In this document: piece after piece, positions 46,620-60,556 of the stretch
Layout: each line of letters starts with the position of its first letter
How positions within the stretch are numbered: the first letter of the stretch is position 1
From: Azolla caroliniana
Taxonomy: Eukaryota > Plantae > Polypodiophyta
Length of the DNA stretch: 64,000 nt
Reading direction: 5' to 3'
Assembly (NCBI GenBank): GCA_043228905.1
Contig: JBHGNT010000004.1
Location: forward strand, 3,100,001 to 3,164,000
The notes under the pieces: model-generated
Told to the model about the DNA's origin: nothing
Database searches by the model: none
What the model saw: only the letters and a program-made list of their open reading frames with translations
Program-made: the position numbers and the translations under genes

Positions 46620-47086
46620 TGTTACCACATATATTATAGATCTAGGTACTAAAGTAAGCTTAAGATAAGGATAAAGAAATGAAAGATAGAAAGGAGAAAG
46701 AGAAAGAAGGGTGTCGATCCACCCGACCACCCCCGAGCGAAGGGATCGAGACGGACTCGAGCCTCGATCGGCGTCCCATACCACCGCCATGGCGTCGAGT
46801 CGTACCTGGTGCTAGCGCGCTCGCTACAAGAGTTAACCCACCACACGAGCAGAGTCTCGATGTAGTCAAAAGATCCTCCAATGAGGGTAGCTAGGCCTCT
46901 TATTTATAGCGATACCCAAGGCCCCCAGGCAAGTTCACACTTGACCTAATGGGTTGTCTCAATCCCGAGGATTAAAAGTAATCCTCCCCTTCTTTACACT
47001 CTCGTTTAACCCTCACACTTATCCACGTGTATAGAATACTACGGTAAATTCTTACCACGGGATATTATATGGTCATGCCCGTAACA
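46620..47086 (-). mobile_element. Probable solo LTR (467 bp)
   Basis: TGTTAC...GTAACA inverted termini, a GC-rich core against AT-rich flanks, minus-strand CTATAAATA near 46900. Flanks (TGTAT / ACATA) do not form a target duplication. Confidence 0.55.
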
Positions 47087-49275
47087 ACATAGTAAAACCA
47101 ACTCGTTCTTTCGTACAACGATGGGATGCCTCCACTTCCAACAACTCTCTCAGAATCAAGGGATATTTTATAACACACAATAAGCATATAAATCGATCAT
47201 TCCATCTATCCAGCTTTATAAAGACAAGTCTCATCTTGTCATCTTATGATGACTAATCATGTATATGAGAGCTAGAGAGTGCACATCATTGCAAGGGTGT
47301 ATCAATGTTCTAACAAAGTTACTAACCAAGAAATTGAAACTTCCACAATAGTGGAGGGTGTACACGGTATCTCTCCCAATTTGCACATGATTGGCCAAAA
47401 AAACTAAAGTTTAAGAGTTTCGTTCTTCATAAAGCTTCACATGATGATCATTTAGTTTTACAAATGCATTTGACTATGAACTTTATCGCGTTTTATGCTT
47501 GATTCACTTAGGAAAGGTAGTATACATCTTCAAAAAACCATTATTATTCTGATTAGGTTAATAAAGGGCATTAGTATATGCTTGCGGATATGTTTAAGAA
47601 GAGAGCAAGAACATGGAGACATACAAGTAGTTTGTATACAACTAAGTTACATGTAGTGAGGTATATAACATTATCTGCTATTGATCTATATAATTAGTTT
47701 TTCCAATGAAAAAGGAGGGAGGGGAGCGAGATGAAAAGTCACATGGACATGTGGGATTAAACGTTAAATTTGTCAAGAGGACAATATCATACATTGAAAC
47801 CCCATCAAAGTGTTGCACAAAGATAAGTTGTCAATACAAAATAGGACATGAGCGGATGATACATGTTTCTTTATAAGGATGGAAGATATAGTAAGGTTTG
47901 AACATGAGTCCATAAGCTACAAAAACACAACTTACCAATGGGGCATCAACATAAGAGAATAAGAAAAAAACAATATAATAATAAGTATTAATGATAACAC
48001 ACGAGGAAACTCATCCATAAACAAGTGTTAATGCGTAAACAATATTTAGTTACATGTCACGACACACTGTGAAGCCTCACTTCTCTACATGATATAAGAG
48101 CGTTCAATTTATAGTAGGTTCACATGGTTAGTATGTTTCACATTCAAACACATCAACATAATGGTGTAGTTCCAACGTGGGTCATGTACAAAATCAAGTT
48201 TGTGGTTTGATTCTCAAACAATGAGTTTGATGTTGATTTGATCTTATACATCAATCACACTTTGAGGTCATGCACACTACTCTTTTGCTCCTAACCTTAA
48301 GAACCCAATTTAAAGTTAATTTAATAGGTTTAAGGTTACGATAACTAGAGAACCAATTACCTTAAGATGCATGACAAAGCCATAAGGACATATGAAACAT
48401 GATGTGGTGGCATGGGGGCCTACAAGGTTAGGATTATGTAAGGGGACTAGGTACCTCTTTTGTCACAATATCTCAAGATGTTTTCAAGACTCTATCAACA
48501 AGGCAAATCTTTTTTCTCTCGGATTTGTTCATCTCAACTTCCAAGGTATAACACATTCTATTATTCAACATTACGAGACACTGATGATATTTTATATTCA
48601 TCTCTTATCCTTCCCTTGAGGGTGTTGGAGTGGTTTAACACCCTTAAAACCTTATTTCCTAATCATTCATTTTATTAGTATCTCGATTTGTAATATTTGT
48701 TATCGAAGCATGGTACTAATGAAAAATCCTCTCTTTTTGTTGTTTCATTTTGGATGAATATCAACGAATGTAAGAATCCACGAGATAGCCATTTCAGAAA
48801 TTATATGTTAATCATGCATTGCAAACTCAAAAAGAATGGAAAATATAAGGTTGGACACTGATCCAATTACGATCAGGCCGCTCAATGCTTGCTCATCAAA
48901 ACAACTTAAGATCTAGAGGAGCTAATAAGAAGAGGACACTTGAGTGCGACATCCTCTTTGCTGAGTGAGAGATGGGAGAAGAGCATCGAAGAAGAAGAAG
49001 AAAAAAAGCTCGTTTAGACAAGCAGAAGACCAAAAGCAACGACAGTCAGTCTGCTTACAACCAAATTGAAGTTAACGAGCAAAACGGGGCAGCATCAAAG
49101 AAACATAGGTGCAAGACATGTAGGAGTGTCGATAAAAGCAAATAAGAAGAGACATACATAAAAGTTGTGGACACATGCGCGGCGACACACATAATAAACA
49201 CATACAGAACACATTGTTGGGCGAAACATGTGTAAAACACACATAACGTAGTACTAGGTGGACACTAGGGGGTTT

Positions 49276-49336
49276 TGGGCTGGATGGCCAAGTGTGAAAT
49301 GGACGGGGGGTGGGCCAAAGGGATCGCTTAGGGTTT
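49276..49336 (+). promoter_or_regulatory. Site II (TGGGCY) x2 plus telobox in the RPS4 promoter
   Basis: TGGGCT 49276-49281, TGGGCC 49311-49316, TAGGGTTT 49329-49336: the usual plant ribosomal-protein promoter module. Confidence 0.7.
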
Positions 49337-49455
49337 TCCTCTCTCTGCTTCTCTCTACTAAGGAGCAGAAGCCATAGCTGTATCTTTCCTTTCCAGGTCT
49401 CTCTGCAGACGACGACGACGACGACGACGACGAAGAAGAAGAGTCTGATTTCGTC

Positions 49456-51086
<1,631 letters not shown>

Positions 51087-52540
51087 ATATTACTCTGCCC
51101 ATAGGACCGACCATCTTGCATTTATGAGTTTACAGTTTAGGAACTGTGAGGTTTTTTTTTGTTTCTTATATGGACCTTTCGGTTGCTACTTGCCCGATGA
51201 TCCTGCAACATTTTTGTATTGCTAAATTAATCTAATTGTCGGTTCATTTCTCTACTTGTTGGTATGTCTGATTCATAATTGAGTGAATAGCTTTTATTAA
51301 TCTTTATGGATGATCATTTATTTAGGCCATGATTGCTTTCTTAGTGATTTACCATCTATTTGGGAATATATATACGACTTTCATGTTTATGTTTTTAACC
51401 GTTCAAATAGCAGGATGCAACTGTTGGTCAGAGATTATGTGAAGATTTCTGTAATATCCTTATGCATTTTATCTGTAATGAGCTGAGTGGTTAGATCAAC
51501 ATTCAAGCTCTATTATTTGGTGCACTTGTGGGGAATGTAAAATGGAATCCAACATTGTTGTAATGTCTATTAATATATTGTTGTTATGCCTATTGTTGTA
51601 ATTCAGTGTAGATGTTTTCAGCTATCCTCTCATTAAAAGAACAAAAACTCTGATGGTGTCATGGGAAATTGCTTGCAGTCTTATGAATAGGCTTCATTTG
51701 GACAAATGTGCTAGGCAGACTTTGCTCACTTGTTCTCATGTAACATCACTGAGTGTTGCTGTTAAACACTCATTGATTGTGGTTTAGCATGTCTTAGGTA
51801 GGGCATGCCATCATTGCCTGAGTTATATCTATCCAGTGTCAAAATCCCCGGAGCCATACAGAGTGTAAAAAAGAAAAATTGATTTCTCTAATGAAAATGA
51901 TAGTGGGAATAATGCACTAACAATATGAATTAATTGTCGCAGTAACAATATAAGGATCTACCCAAAGCTATGGAGTATAAACAAATAGCTTGACGCAAGA
52001 ATAAGCAAAAATACATAAAAACAAAATATAATTTAATGACCTATTTGTAATGAACTTAGATATAATGACCTGTTTGTATCAACCAATGTTAAAAACAATT
52101 GAGTTTAGGCTAGCTTTTAAATCAACTTAGCGGTGAAATCCAGATTAAACTGAGGAAGGAGAGAACACAAAACACAAGTTGTTCTTAAAAGAAAACAGAT
52201 GTTTTATGATTACAAACAAAATCATGGGGTAACATCTTTTTTTTTATATCCTACAGAGTTGGTTTGCAAGTATATATATACATAATACATAAATGTATAT
52301 ATAACTTGCCATACTAGAGATGTGGAGGGAGCCACTCCCAACATTTTCTCAGCATAAATTTGTATGACTTGTTAAGGTCTGAATTGAGGTTGTTACAAAG
52401 ATAGACACCACCTTTGGTCTACATATTACTTCAATTCTGAACGAAAATGTATATGAACTGAAATTGCACATATTTGAAGGAGAACAAAACAATAAAATGG
52501 ATCGATTTGGAGTAATAAGTTTTCAGATGCTTGTATTATT

Positions 52541-55249
52541 TTACCTCCCTTGGGTATTAATGAGCTGTGAGAAGACAGCACTAGCTGTGGTTTCATCAGA
52601 ATTCTCACTAAATCCGGTATTACTACTGTGGCTGTTACTGTCCACTTTCTTCTCAGCCATTGGAGGGAGTTCAACTTCGGGCACATCCTTCACCGGGATT
52701 TCCTTCACCTTCGGGTTACTACTATCCCAGTCTTTCTCTGGAGATGTTTCATGAAGCTGCAATGCATATTCCAGGTTCCAGAGAATATCACCCATAGCCG
52801 GACGATCTAACCCCGATTCTGCCAAACATTTCTCAGCTGTTTCTGCAAATTTCTTCAGTGAATCTTTGTTCAATCGCCCCTTTAGACTTGGATCGATGAT
52901 TTGATCGAGGATTCCTTTCTTTTGGTGGTATATTGCCCATTCAGCCATATTCACTTGCTCTCTGGGCAGGGTAGGGTTAATAGCAGGGCGAGCAAGAAGA
53001 ACCTCGAGGAGAACGACACCAAAAGAGTACACATCAGATTTCTCAGTCAGTTGTTGCCTCCGGAAATACTCTGGATCTAAGTAACCGAAACTACCCTTAA
53101 CAGCAGTGCTAACATGAGTGTGTTCAAGGGAAGGACCGGTCTTGGATAAACCGAAATCTGCCACTTTGGCGACAAAATTCTCATCCAAAAGTATGTTCGT
53201 GGTCTTTACGTCTCGATGGATGATACCGTTGGCAGCCCCTGTGTGAAGATAATGCAACCCTCGGGCAGCACCAATGCATATCTCTAGCCTCTGTTTCCAT
53301 GACAATGCCGGCAATCCAGCTCCATAAAGATGGCCTCGGAGAGGTCCATTCGACATGTAATCATAAACAAGGATCATTTCCGAGTGATCTTCACAAAAGC
53401 CGATAAGCGAGACCAAATGCCTATGTCGAAGCTTGGACAAGAGCTCGATTTCGGTTTGGAATTCATGCACTCCTTGCTCGGAGGTAGGGTTCCCTCTCTT
53501 AACCGCGACCTCCGTGGTTCCATCCTCGAGAACCCCTTTGTAGACCTTTCCAAAGCCACCCACTCCGACCACATTGGTCTCGTCAAAGTCGCCAGTAATC
53601 TCTAGGATTTCAGAGAAAGAGAAGTATCTACAATTGTTGGACGGAGCCGACGAGGCATAGCTTCCGGTGCCACTCTTCCGAGAAGCCGTAGTGGAGAGCT
53701 TGCTGGTGGCGAGAGAATGCGAGTTCCCACCATTAGTGGGCAAAGGCATCCAGGAGGGAGCCTTTGAACTGCCCTGCTTCTTCTGACTGTTTTCAGCACT
53801 GCTTCTCCTTCTCCGGAAACAAAAGAAGAAGATGACGACAAGGGCAGCGACTGCAGCGAGAGATCCTACGACTCCGCCGATGATGGGCATCTTACTGCTT
53901 TGAGAGGGGCCTGTGGAGGAGCCAGTAGATGAGGGGCTCTGTTCTTGCAGGACTTGGGGGGGAGGAGGGGGGCCTTGCAGGCTCCCGGCCGAGTTGTTCA
54001 TCTTGTAAATCTCGAGGCCATTGAGGATAGCATTGTAGTAGCTACTGTTGACATCGCTAGGGTGAAGCTGCAGAGTCAGAGTGGACATGGTAGAGCTTTG
54101 GACTGCGAAGTCCTTGACATTAGCGATGAGCTTGTTGCCTGTGAAGGCCACCACATCATAGCCTTGGAAAGCAGTCTGGCCATCGATGTAGATGTCGAAG
54201 ACCCTCATGTTGATCAGGCTGTACACGAGCTCGCAGAAGTGCAGGCGGACATAGTAGGTGAAATTGGCGTCGACCTCGAAACTCCATGAGAGGTTGAACT
54301 GCAGGTTTAGGTTGTTGTCGTTGGTCATGAATCGAGCAGAGTCGTAGACATCTGCAGGGGCGGTATAGTTAGGGAGCTTCCCGTAGGAGATGGGGCCAGA
54401 AACAGAAGAAGCGACGCCATAAGCAGCCCCTACAGTGAAAGCAAGATCTGTCGACCATAGCCGGCCGAGCTCGTCCTCTGATTCTCGCACAGTTTGGCCT
54501 CCCATGTTCAACCGGAACATGGTCTCGAACGCGATCCTAGCCACAGGGAAGGTAACGCTAGATCCGAACCCTACAAAACTGAGCGAACTGGAGAAGACAT
54601 CGTCCGGCATTGCCATGATCTCCACCCCATTCACCATAGCGAAGGCGCCGTTTGCACTCCCAGGCAGGAAGGTGAGGGTCAACGCTGTACCTGTCACATT
54701 GATGGAGTATTCCTTGAAGACGTAGGCGAGGTTGAGAGAAGCCATGAGATCTGTCAGACTGACGTTCGTCATTAGGTCGTAGGAGTCGGATTTGACGGTG
54801 ACAATGGCGTTCTGAGTGGGGAAGGTAGAAGTGCTGAAGGAGAGGGGGTAGAAGTAGAGGCGGACGTAGTAGCGACCAGGCGTGACAGGGAAGGAGTATG
54901 CAGACGGAGATGTGAAAATGCGGACTGTGGAGTAAGGTATGGTGTCAGGGAGATTAGCAGAATTCGGATCGTAGGAAGCAGAGGAATTGGCACTGATGTC
55001 TTGGCTTTGCCCTAGGTTCAGGAAGGAGCTCCCTGTGGAGGAAGGGCCTCCATCGCCGATCCATGTCCTGGATTGAGAGTCGGTTAAGTTGCCGTTGGCT
55101 CCGCAGGCAATCCTGTACACTGCAGGGCTAGCCGCCTGCGTCGCTGTTGACATGGATGGAGAGAGCACTGCTAGTGCTAGTAATAGAAGAATGGCGTAGG
55201 TGCAGGCCATGTGGAGGTACAGGGGTGGACGGCAGTTCCAGATCTCCAT
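52541..55249 (-). CDS. CrRLK1L malectin-like receptor kinase (FERONIA/THESEUS family), intronless, ~902 aa
   Basis: Signal peptide after MEIW, IACGA, PYSTVRIF, RLNMGG, YYVRLHFCE, NAILNGLEIYKM, TM helix, kinase GVGGFGKVY/VAVKR/HRDVKTTNILL/DFGLSK, FER-like ending SAVFSQLINTQGR. The track start at 55489 is an upstream non-ATG extension. Confidence 0.96.
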   Translation of the reverse strand: MEIWNCRPPLYLHMACTYAILLLLALAVLSPSMSTATQAASPAVYRIACGANGNLTDSQSRTWIGDGGPSSTGSSFLNLGQSQDISANSSASYDPNSANLPDTIPYSTVRIFTSPSAYSFPVTPGRYYVRLYFYPLSFSTSTFPTQNAIVTVKSDSYDLMTNVSLTDLMASLNLAYVFKEYSINVTGTALTLTFLPGSANGAFAMVNGVEIMAMPDDVFSSSLSFVGFGSSVTFPVARIAFETMFRLNMGGQTVRESEDELGRLWSTDLAFTVGAAYGVASSVSGPISYGKLPNYTAPADVYDSARFMTNDNNLNLQFNLSWSFEVDANFTYYVRLHFCELVYSLINMRVFDIYIDGQTAFQGYDVVAFTGNKLIANVKDFAVQSSTMSTLTLQLHPSDVNSSYYNAILNGLEIYKMNNSAGSLQGPPPPPQVLQEQSPSSTGSSTGPSQSSKMPIIGGVVGSLAAVAALVVIFFFCFRRRRSSAENSQKKQGSSKAPSWMPLPTNGGNSHSLATSKLSTTASRKSGTGSYASSAPSNNCRYFSFSEILEITGDFDETNVVGVGGFGKVYKGVLEDGTTEVAVKRGNPTSEQGVHEFQTEIELLSKLRHRHLVSLIGFCEDHSEMILVYDYMSNGPLRGHLYGAGLPALSWKQRLEICIGAARGLHYLHTGAANGIIHRDVKTTNILLDENFVAKVADFGLSKTGPSLEHTHVSTAVKGSFGYLDPEYFRRQQLTEKSDVYSFGVVLLEVLLARPAINPTLPREQVNMAEWAIYHQKKGILDQIIDPSLKGRLNKDSLKKFAETAEKCLAESGLDRPAMGDILWNLEYALQLHETSPEKDWDSSNPKVKEIPVKDVPEVELPPMAEKKVDSNSHSSNTGFSENSDETTASAVFSQLINTQGR

Positions 55250-55539
55250 CTTCTTTCTTCCCTCCTGTCTTCGAGGTTCTTTTCCAGAAGCTTCTCTCTG
55301 CGCCTGTTTGCTTGTGATGGAAAAGCATATAATAGGGTCACAGGTCAATTGTTGAGAGCTTGGAGGACGGACGCCATAGCTGGAGCTTCTTGTGTCTGTG
55401 TCTGTTGGTTTGGTTTGCAGGGTAGAGAGAGAGAAAAGAGAGAGAGAAGAGAGAGAGAGATGAGGAAACGTGTGGGGTAGTAAAGGCAAGGTAGCAGAGG
55501 AGGTGCAGGGCTGGCATACACCAGCAAATCACATACATA

Positions 55540-56660
55540 CAACACACACACATACATTCATGGCACACACACACACACACACACACACATACATACTCTC
55601 TGCACGATTTGCTTCATTTTCTTCTTCTTCCTTTTTTTTCTTCATACTTTTAAATTCGCTCGTTTTTTTTTTCTCCGTGTTTTGTCTTCACGTATGTAAT
55701 GTATGTATGTATGGCCTCTGTATGTATTTATGTATGTATGGATATAGTTAGTATGTATAGTATGTATGTTGTATGTATGCATGTATGTATGTATGTATGT
55801 ATGTATGGATATAGTTAGTATGTATAATATGTATAGTATGTATGTATGCATGCATGTATGGCGTCTGTATGTATTTATGTATGTATGGATATAGGTAGAC
55901 CGTAGTATGTATAGTATGTCTGTATGCATGCATGTATGTATGGCGTCTGTATTTATTTATGTATGGATGGATGGATATAGGTAGACCTAGTATGTATAGT
56001 ATGTATATATGCATGCATGCATGCATGTATGTATATACAGAATGTATGCATGCATGTATGTATGTATATACAGAATGTATGCATGCATGTATGTATGGCG
56101 TCTGTGTGTATTTATGTATGCATGTATGTATGGATATAGGTAATATGTATGCCGTATCTATCTATGTACGTTATGTATGCATGTATGTATGGATATAGGT
56201 TAGTATGTATGGCGTATCTATTTATGTATGCATGTATGCATCTATGTATGGACATAGGTAGTATATATGGCGTATCCATGTATGTATGTTATGTGTGCAT
56301 GTATGTATGGATATAGGGATGTATGTTATTTTATGCATGTATGTATGGATATGGGTTATGTATGGTATGTGTGTGTGTGTATGTATGTTATGTATGCATG
56401 TATTTGTTACCTGCGTATGTAGGTATGATACGTATGTGTGTATTGTATGTAGGTTATCTGTGTATGTATAATACGTATGTGTGTATTGTATGTAGGTTAT
56501 CTGTGTATGTAGGTATGATACGTATGTGTGTATTGTATGTAGGTTATCTGTGTATGTATAATACGTATGTGTGTATTGTATGTAGGTTATCTGTGTATGT
56601 ATAATACGTATGTGTGTATTGTATGTAGGTTATGTATCTGTGTATGTATGTATGGATTTT
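55540..56660. repeat. ~1.1-kb compound (TATG)n/(CA)n simple-repeat region with higher-order units
   Basis: TATG runs, recurring GGATATAGG and ATGGCGTCTGT words, and ~5 copies of ATACGTATGTGTGTATTGTATGTAGGTTAT at 56428-56635. Confidence 0.92.
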
Positions 56661-58559
56661 AAAAATCGTGGTATCCATTTATATGCATTAATATCCCTCC
56701 CCGAGTGTGAAATCGCCCAAGATGTCCATCCTTTGAAATACTCCCCCGCCCCCCCCTTAGGACTAAGGAGACGATGAAACCCAACTTCATGCTCACTAAC
56801 TCTACAAAAGTATTTGTTCATTCTGACCATGGGACTCGCGACCAAAGTTTGTGCCTCGGACTCGGCTTGATTTTCGCATGTATCCCTTGGCTTTGCTTAG
56901 ACTCAAGTGTGTCCACAAGGATATCCATGTTGATGTGGCACAAAAAAATGGGGTCTATAACCTCCTCTCCGATTTCCTAATCGTAGGTCTAATTTTCATA
57001 ATCAAGTGAAGGAAGGGGGGGGGGATGTGTCATGTATGAGCTCACCCATCAACTACAACATAGCAAACACTACATTGTATGGCACTTTTAGATGTGGAAC
57101 AACTTGAGTCATTCCTTATCCATCTCTCTTGTGCTATTATCTCTTAGATGTCACAAACCCATACAAAGTTCAATAAACCTAATCCTCATGTGCTCTATCC
57201 ATTGAACAATAATTAAACAATATATTAATCCTAATGAGTTCATATTCTTTGAGCTCTAACTAAAGGTAACACAATCTCTCAATGATTGTCTAGATGGCAT
57301 CATGCCATTTGTCATGAATATATAATACCCGAGTAAGGTCTACAATCATTGATATCACTATAAATGATATGTGTAACAAAATGCACCATACCATTGAGGG
57401 TCTAATTTCACAATCTAAGAGCAACAAATGCTAATGATAATGTTTGGGTAACCTTGGCCTTATATTAGGTGAATAAATTATTTTGTCGCAGCTTTTAGAC
57501 TGTTTTCCCTTCCTCTCGAGAGAGGATTCATTAGTATGGGAGGGTTGTTTGACTATAAATGCTAAGGGGTGTAGGACATGTATTTCAAGACGTCATATTG
57601 TGTACCTTTAACATCAAGTTTGTCATATTCAAGGGACGATTAAATGACATGATTCATGATATGACAATATCTCGTTGAGGTGTATCCAGCTATATAAGGC
57701 TTCTTTAATTATTCAACATTGGCATCAAGGTAAAGGCGAACACATTAAGTAAGATCCAAGATGAGTATTATTCATGAAATGACGAAATGGCCATATTAAA
57801 ATCACACAACTCCCTTAACATATGTTTAATCGGCATTAAGCACTAAAATATAAATGATGCAAATTTTTTTTCATTCTTGTGGGAACAAAATCCATATGTG
57901 TTTGGATGAAAATGTTTGGATGTCTCATTGAAGCAAACCAAATTCTTCATGAAGTGAAAATCTACCTTTAATTTCATGAAGAAGGGCTTTCTAAAATGTA
58001 ATTTAAACGATATTCTTAGTTCTTCTTTTAATGCTCCAAAAGCTAGAGCAATATATTATATTCAATGAATTTTTGAAATTTGCCCTTATATTATGGATAG
58101 TGCGAAGGGGGTGGTTAATGGCTTTGAAAGTATCAGGGCATGTGGAGGCAACTTGGCTGAGCTAGTTGGGCTAGATCGCCATAAACATTTGAATAGCACG
58201 TGAATGAACAACATATGCAAACAAAACTCTTGATTTCATACAGTTTGATGATCTACATTATGCAACTATATATTGCAATAGCTTGCGTCAATAAACATCA
58301 TGATTACTGAGGTAAGCACACGATTCTCTAGACATAGATTGTGAAATAGATATAAGAGTGTCACTAAGTAGATAAAACCCCTCACAACACATAAAATAGT
58401 ATGTGAAAGTGATACTACTCCTTTGAGACCAATAAAAGAAAGACATTTGAAACTCGCTATATTATTTTTGTTGGATGGTAATTCAATATCATGTTTTCTT
58501 TGTTCAATAAAATAGCTTTGTTCCTGAAAAAAATAGCACTCTAAAAGGAAAACTCGAAG

Positions 58560-59300
58560 GAACGCCTTTTTCCCTTTTTTATTTATACGTGGTTGGTGGA
58601 AATCGATCAAGTTTACTTTTGTAGATAGCAATAACATGTTGCATGCTCTCCCAAGGACAAACACTAGCATGAAATAAGCACATTATCCCTTTTAAAATAG
58701 TTGTGAATGAAAATTTAGACTCGACGAAAGTGATGGATGAGGGTTCACGTGCATATTTTAACACTTTATGGTATCGCATGCACACTTGTTCGTGCAACAT
58801 GGATTCGAGTCAACAACGTTGGATTCACACGTGGAAGCAAATAATTTGAGTAGAAAATGTGAGACTGGTAACACAACACCATTGTTCTTCGATGCTCAAA
58901 ACAATTTTGATTTTGACTACATGTAAGATTGTATCCACACTTTTTAGTTGGAAGCAAATAACTTGAGAATAACAGGCGATTTTTTCCGCTCTGGGTCCAC
59001 AAAATTAATGCCTACCCAACACCTTTGTAGATTTTATAAAATATGACCATGTAGCAAGTTTCCAACTACGCAATTGGGTAACCATGATGTTGGGCAAATT
59101 AACCCATCAATGGAGCTATGTGTGGATACTAATATACGCTTTCAACACATCATTGCCAACACTTTCTTTGACCCATATCAAGAGATGAATGTGAATCCAA
59201 CCTAAATGAAGGATGGTTGAAAAAAAAAGAAACATATTAATGAAATGTGAGTTTGTAAAACTCTTTAACAAGAGACACGCTTTAAGGCTCTTAGTTAAAA
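58560..59300 (-). mobile_element. Possible highly degenerate Helitron Rep (HUH) fragment
   Basis: Minus-strand peptides in the expected order: LGWIHIHLLIW (HUH, cf. RGxPHxHxLxW), LLPRVNPTLL (cf. YNPxLL), VLKYAREP (cf. YxxKYxxK), SVCPWE (cf. VSAxEA). Frames are broken. Confidence 0.4.
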
Positions 59301-60189
59301 TAGCATAAACTATATAGTACTCCCCCAAACATCGATTATATATCCAAAACTTATAGGATATAACCCATGTGCTTTGCCATTGAGCTATGTAAAACAAAAT
59401 TCAAAATTATAACAAATTTACCTCTGGTTAAATAGTATGGTATACCCCCGAGTAAATCTATGTATGTACTATGGACAATATATGTACATATGCATTATGT
59501 TGCAACCATAGGAGGACCACCCACATATGAACAACCAACTCTAGTATCCAACCTCCATTATCGGTTCCCTAGGTTTGAACACCTGATGTCGTTCCTTGTC
59601 TCTCAGTAGCATGGAGGCCCCACTTGTTCGTTCTAAGTTTGTAACTAAGGGTGGCCATAAATATAAACCCCATGGTAATTCCTAAAGGGTACATATCAAC
59701 AAAGGTGAAAATTGGAAATATAATAGAGATAAGAACATATTATTAGTTGAGGAGAGACCACAAGTTAAGGGGGTTTATCTTCCAATCAAGTCCTATTACA
59801 ATAATATTTTTTGTATATACACGAATATCAAAGAAAGAGAGAGATTATTAACCTCCACGTGACGCATAAGATCTAGGGGATCAAGAGCAATCTTATGGCA
59901 AAGATCAAACTTAGGGCTCTCTAATATTGATCACTATGAAAGATTATTAACATCCACAAGTCTCTAGTTATTATATTATAAATGGCCAGAAGAGAATGAT
60001 ATAATATATGGGAAGAGAACCATGGGCATGGCATGGATGAATCAAAATTGGGTTCTCTCAAATGTATTACTTTGTTCCTATTGTAGGCATCGACAAGTCA
60101 ACAATAACAAGAGGCTAATACAATATATGTACAAGATAGGAGTCGTGCTCATTGAATGTAGAGAGGGGGAGGTAGAGAGAGGATTCCCT

Positions 60190-60556
60190 CTTTGGGCATG
60201 AATTGGATGGCTCCCATTAGTCATAGTGCATACTTGCAGTCGTGTCTCCACACAAATGGCGATCGCAACAAGTTTGTGTTGTGCTTTAGGATGTAATATC
60301 ATGTTACATAACAAAACCAGAACTAGATGGGATAAGTAAGTTTGTTTGTCCTTGTACACATCACAAGGGATCAAAGCTAGGCATGTAATGGTCCTACTTC
60401 AAGAGATGGTTCCTACTTTGGGCATGCATTGGATGGTTCCTGTGGACCATAGTACATACTTGCACTCTTGTGTCCACACAAATGGTGAATGCAACATGTT
60501 TGTGTCGTGCTTTAGGATGTACTATCATGTTACATAACAAAACTAGAACTAGATGT
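60190..60556. repeat. ~140-bp direct repeat at ~227-bp spacing, with further pieces at ~60978-61135
   Basis: TTTGGGCATGMATTGGATGG...CCACACAAATGG...CATGTTACATAACAAAACYAGAACTAGATG twice; TTGTACACATCACAAGGGAT and TGTAATGGTCCTACTTCAAG recur downstream. Confidence 0.85.

Noticed and set aside
55250-55489. 80-aa N-terminal extension of the receptor kinase in the ORF track
   Set aside because: Non-ATG start, runs through a CT-rich 5'UTR, and would bury the signal peptide; the ATG at 55249 (or 55210) fits the family.
55338-56604. Many ORFs rich in C, M, Y, V, H
   Set aside because: Translations of (TATG)n and (CA)n repeats.
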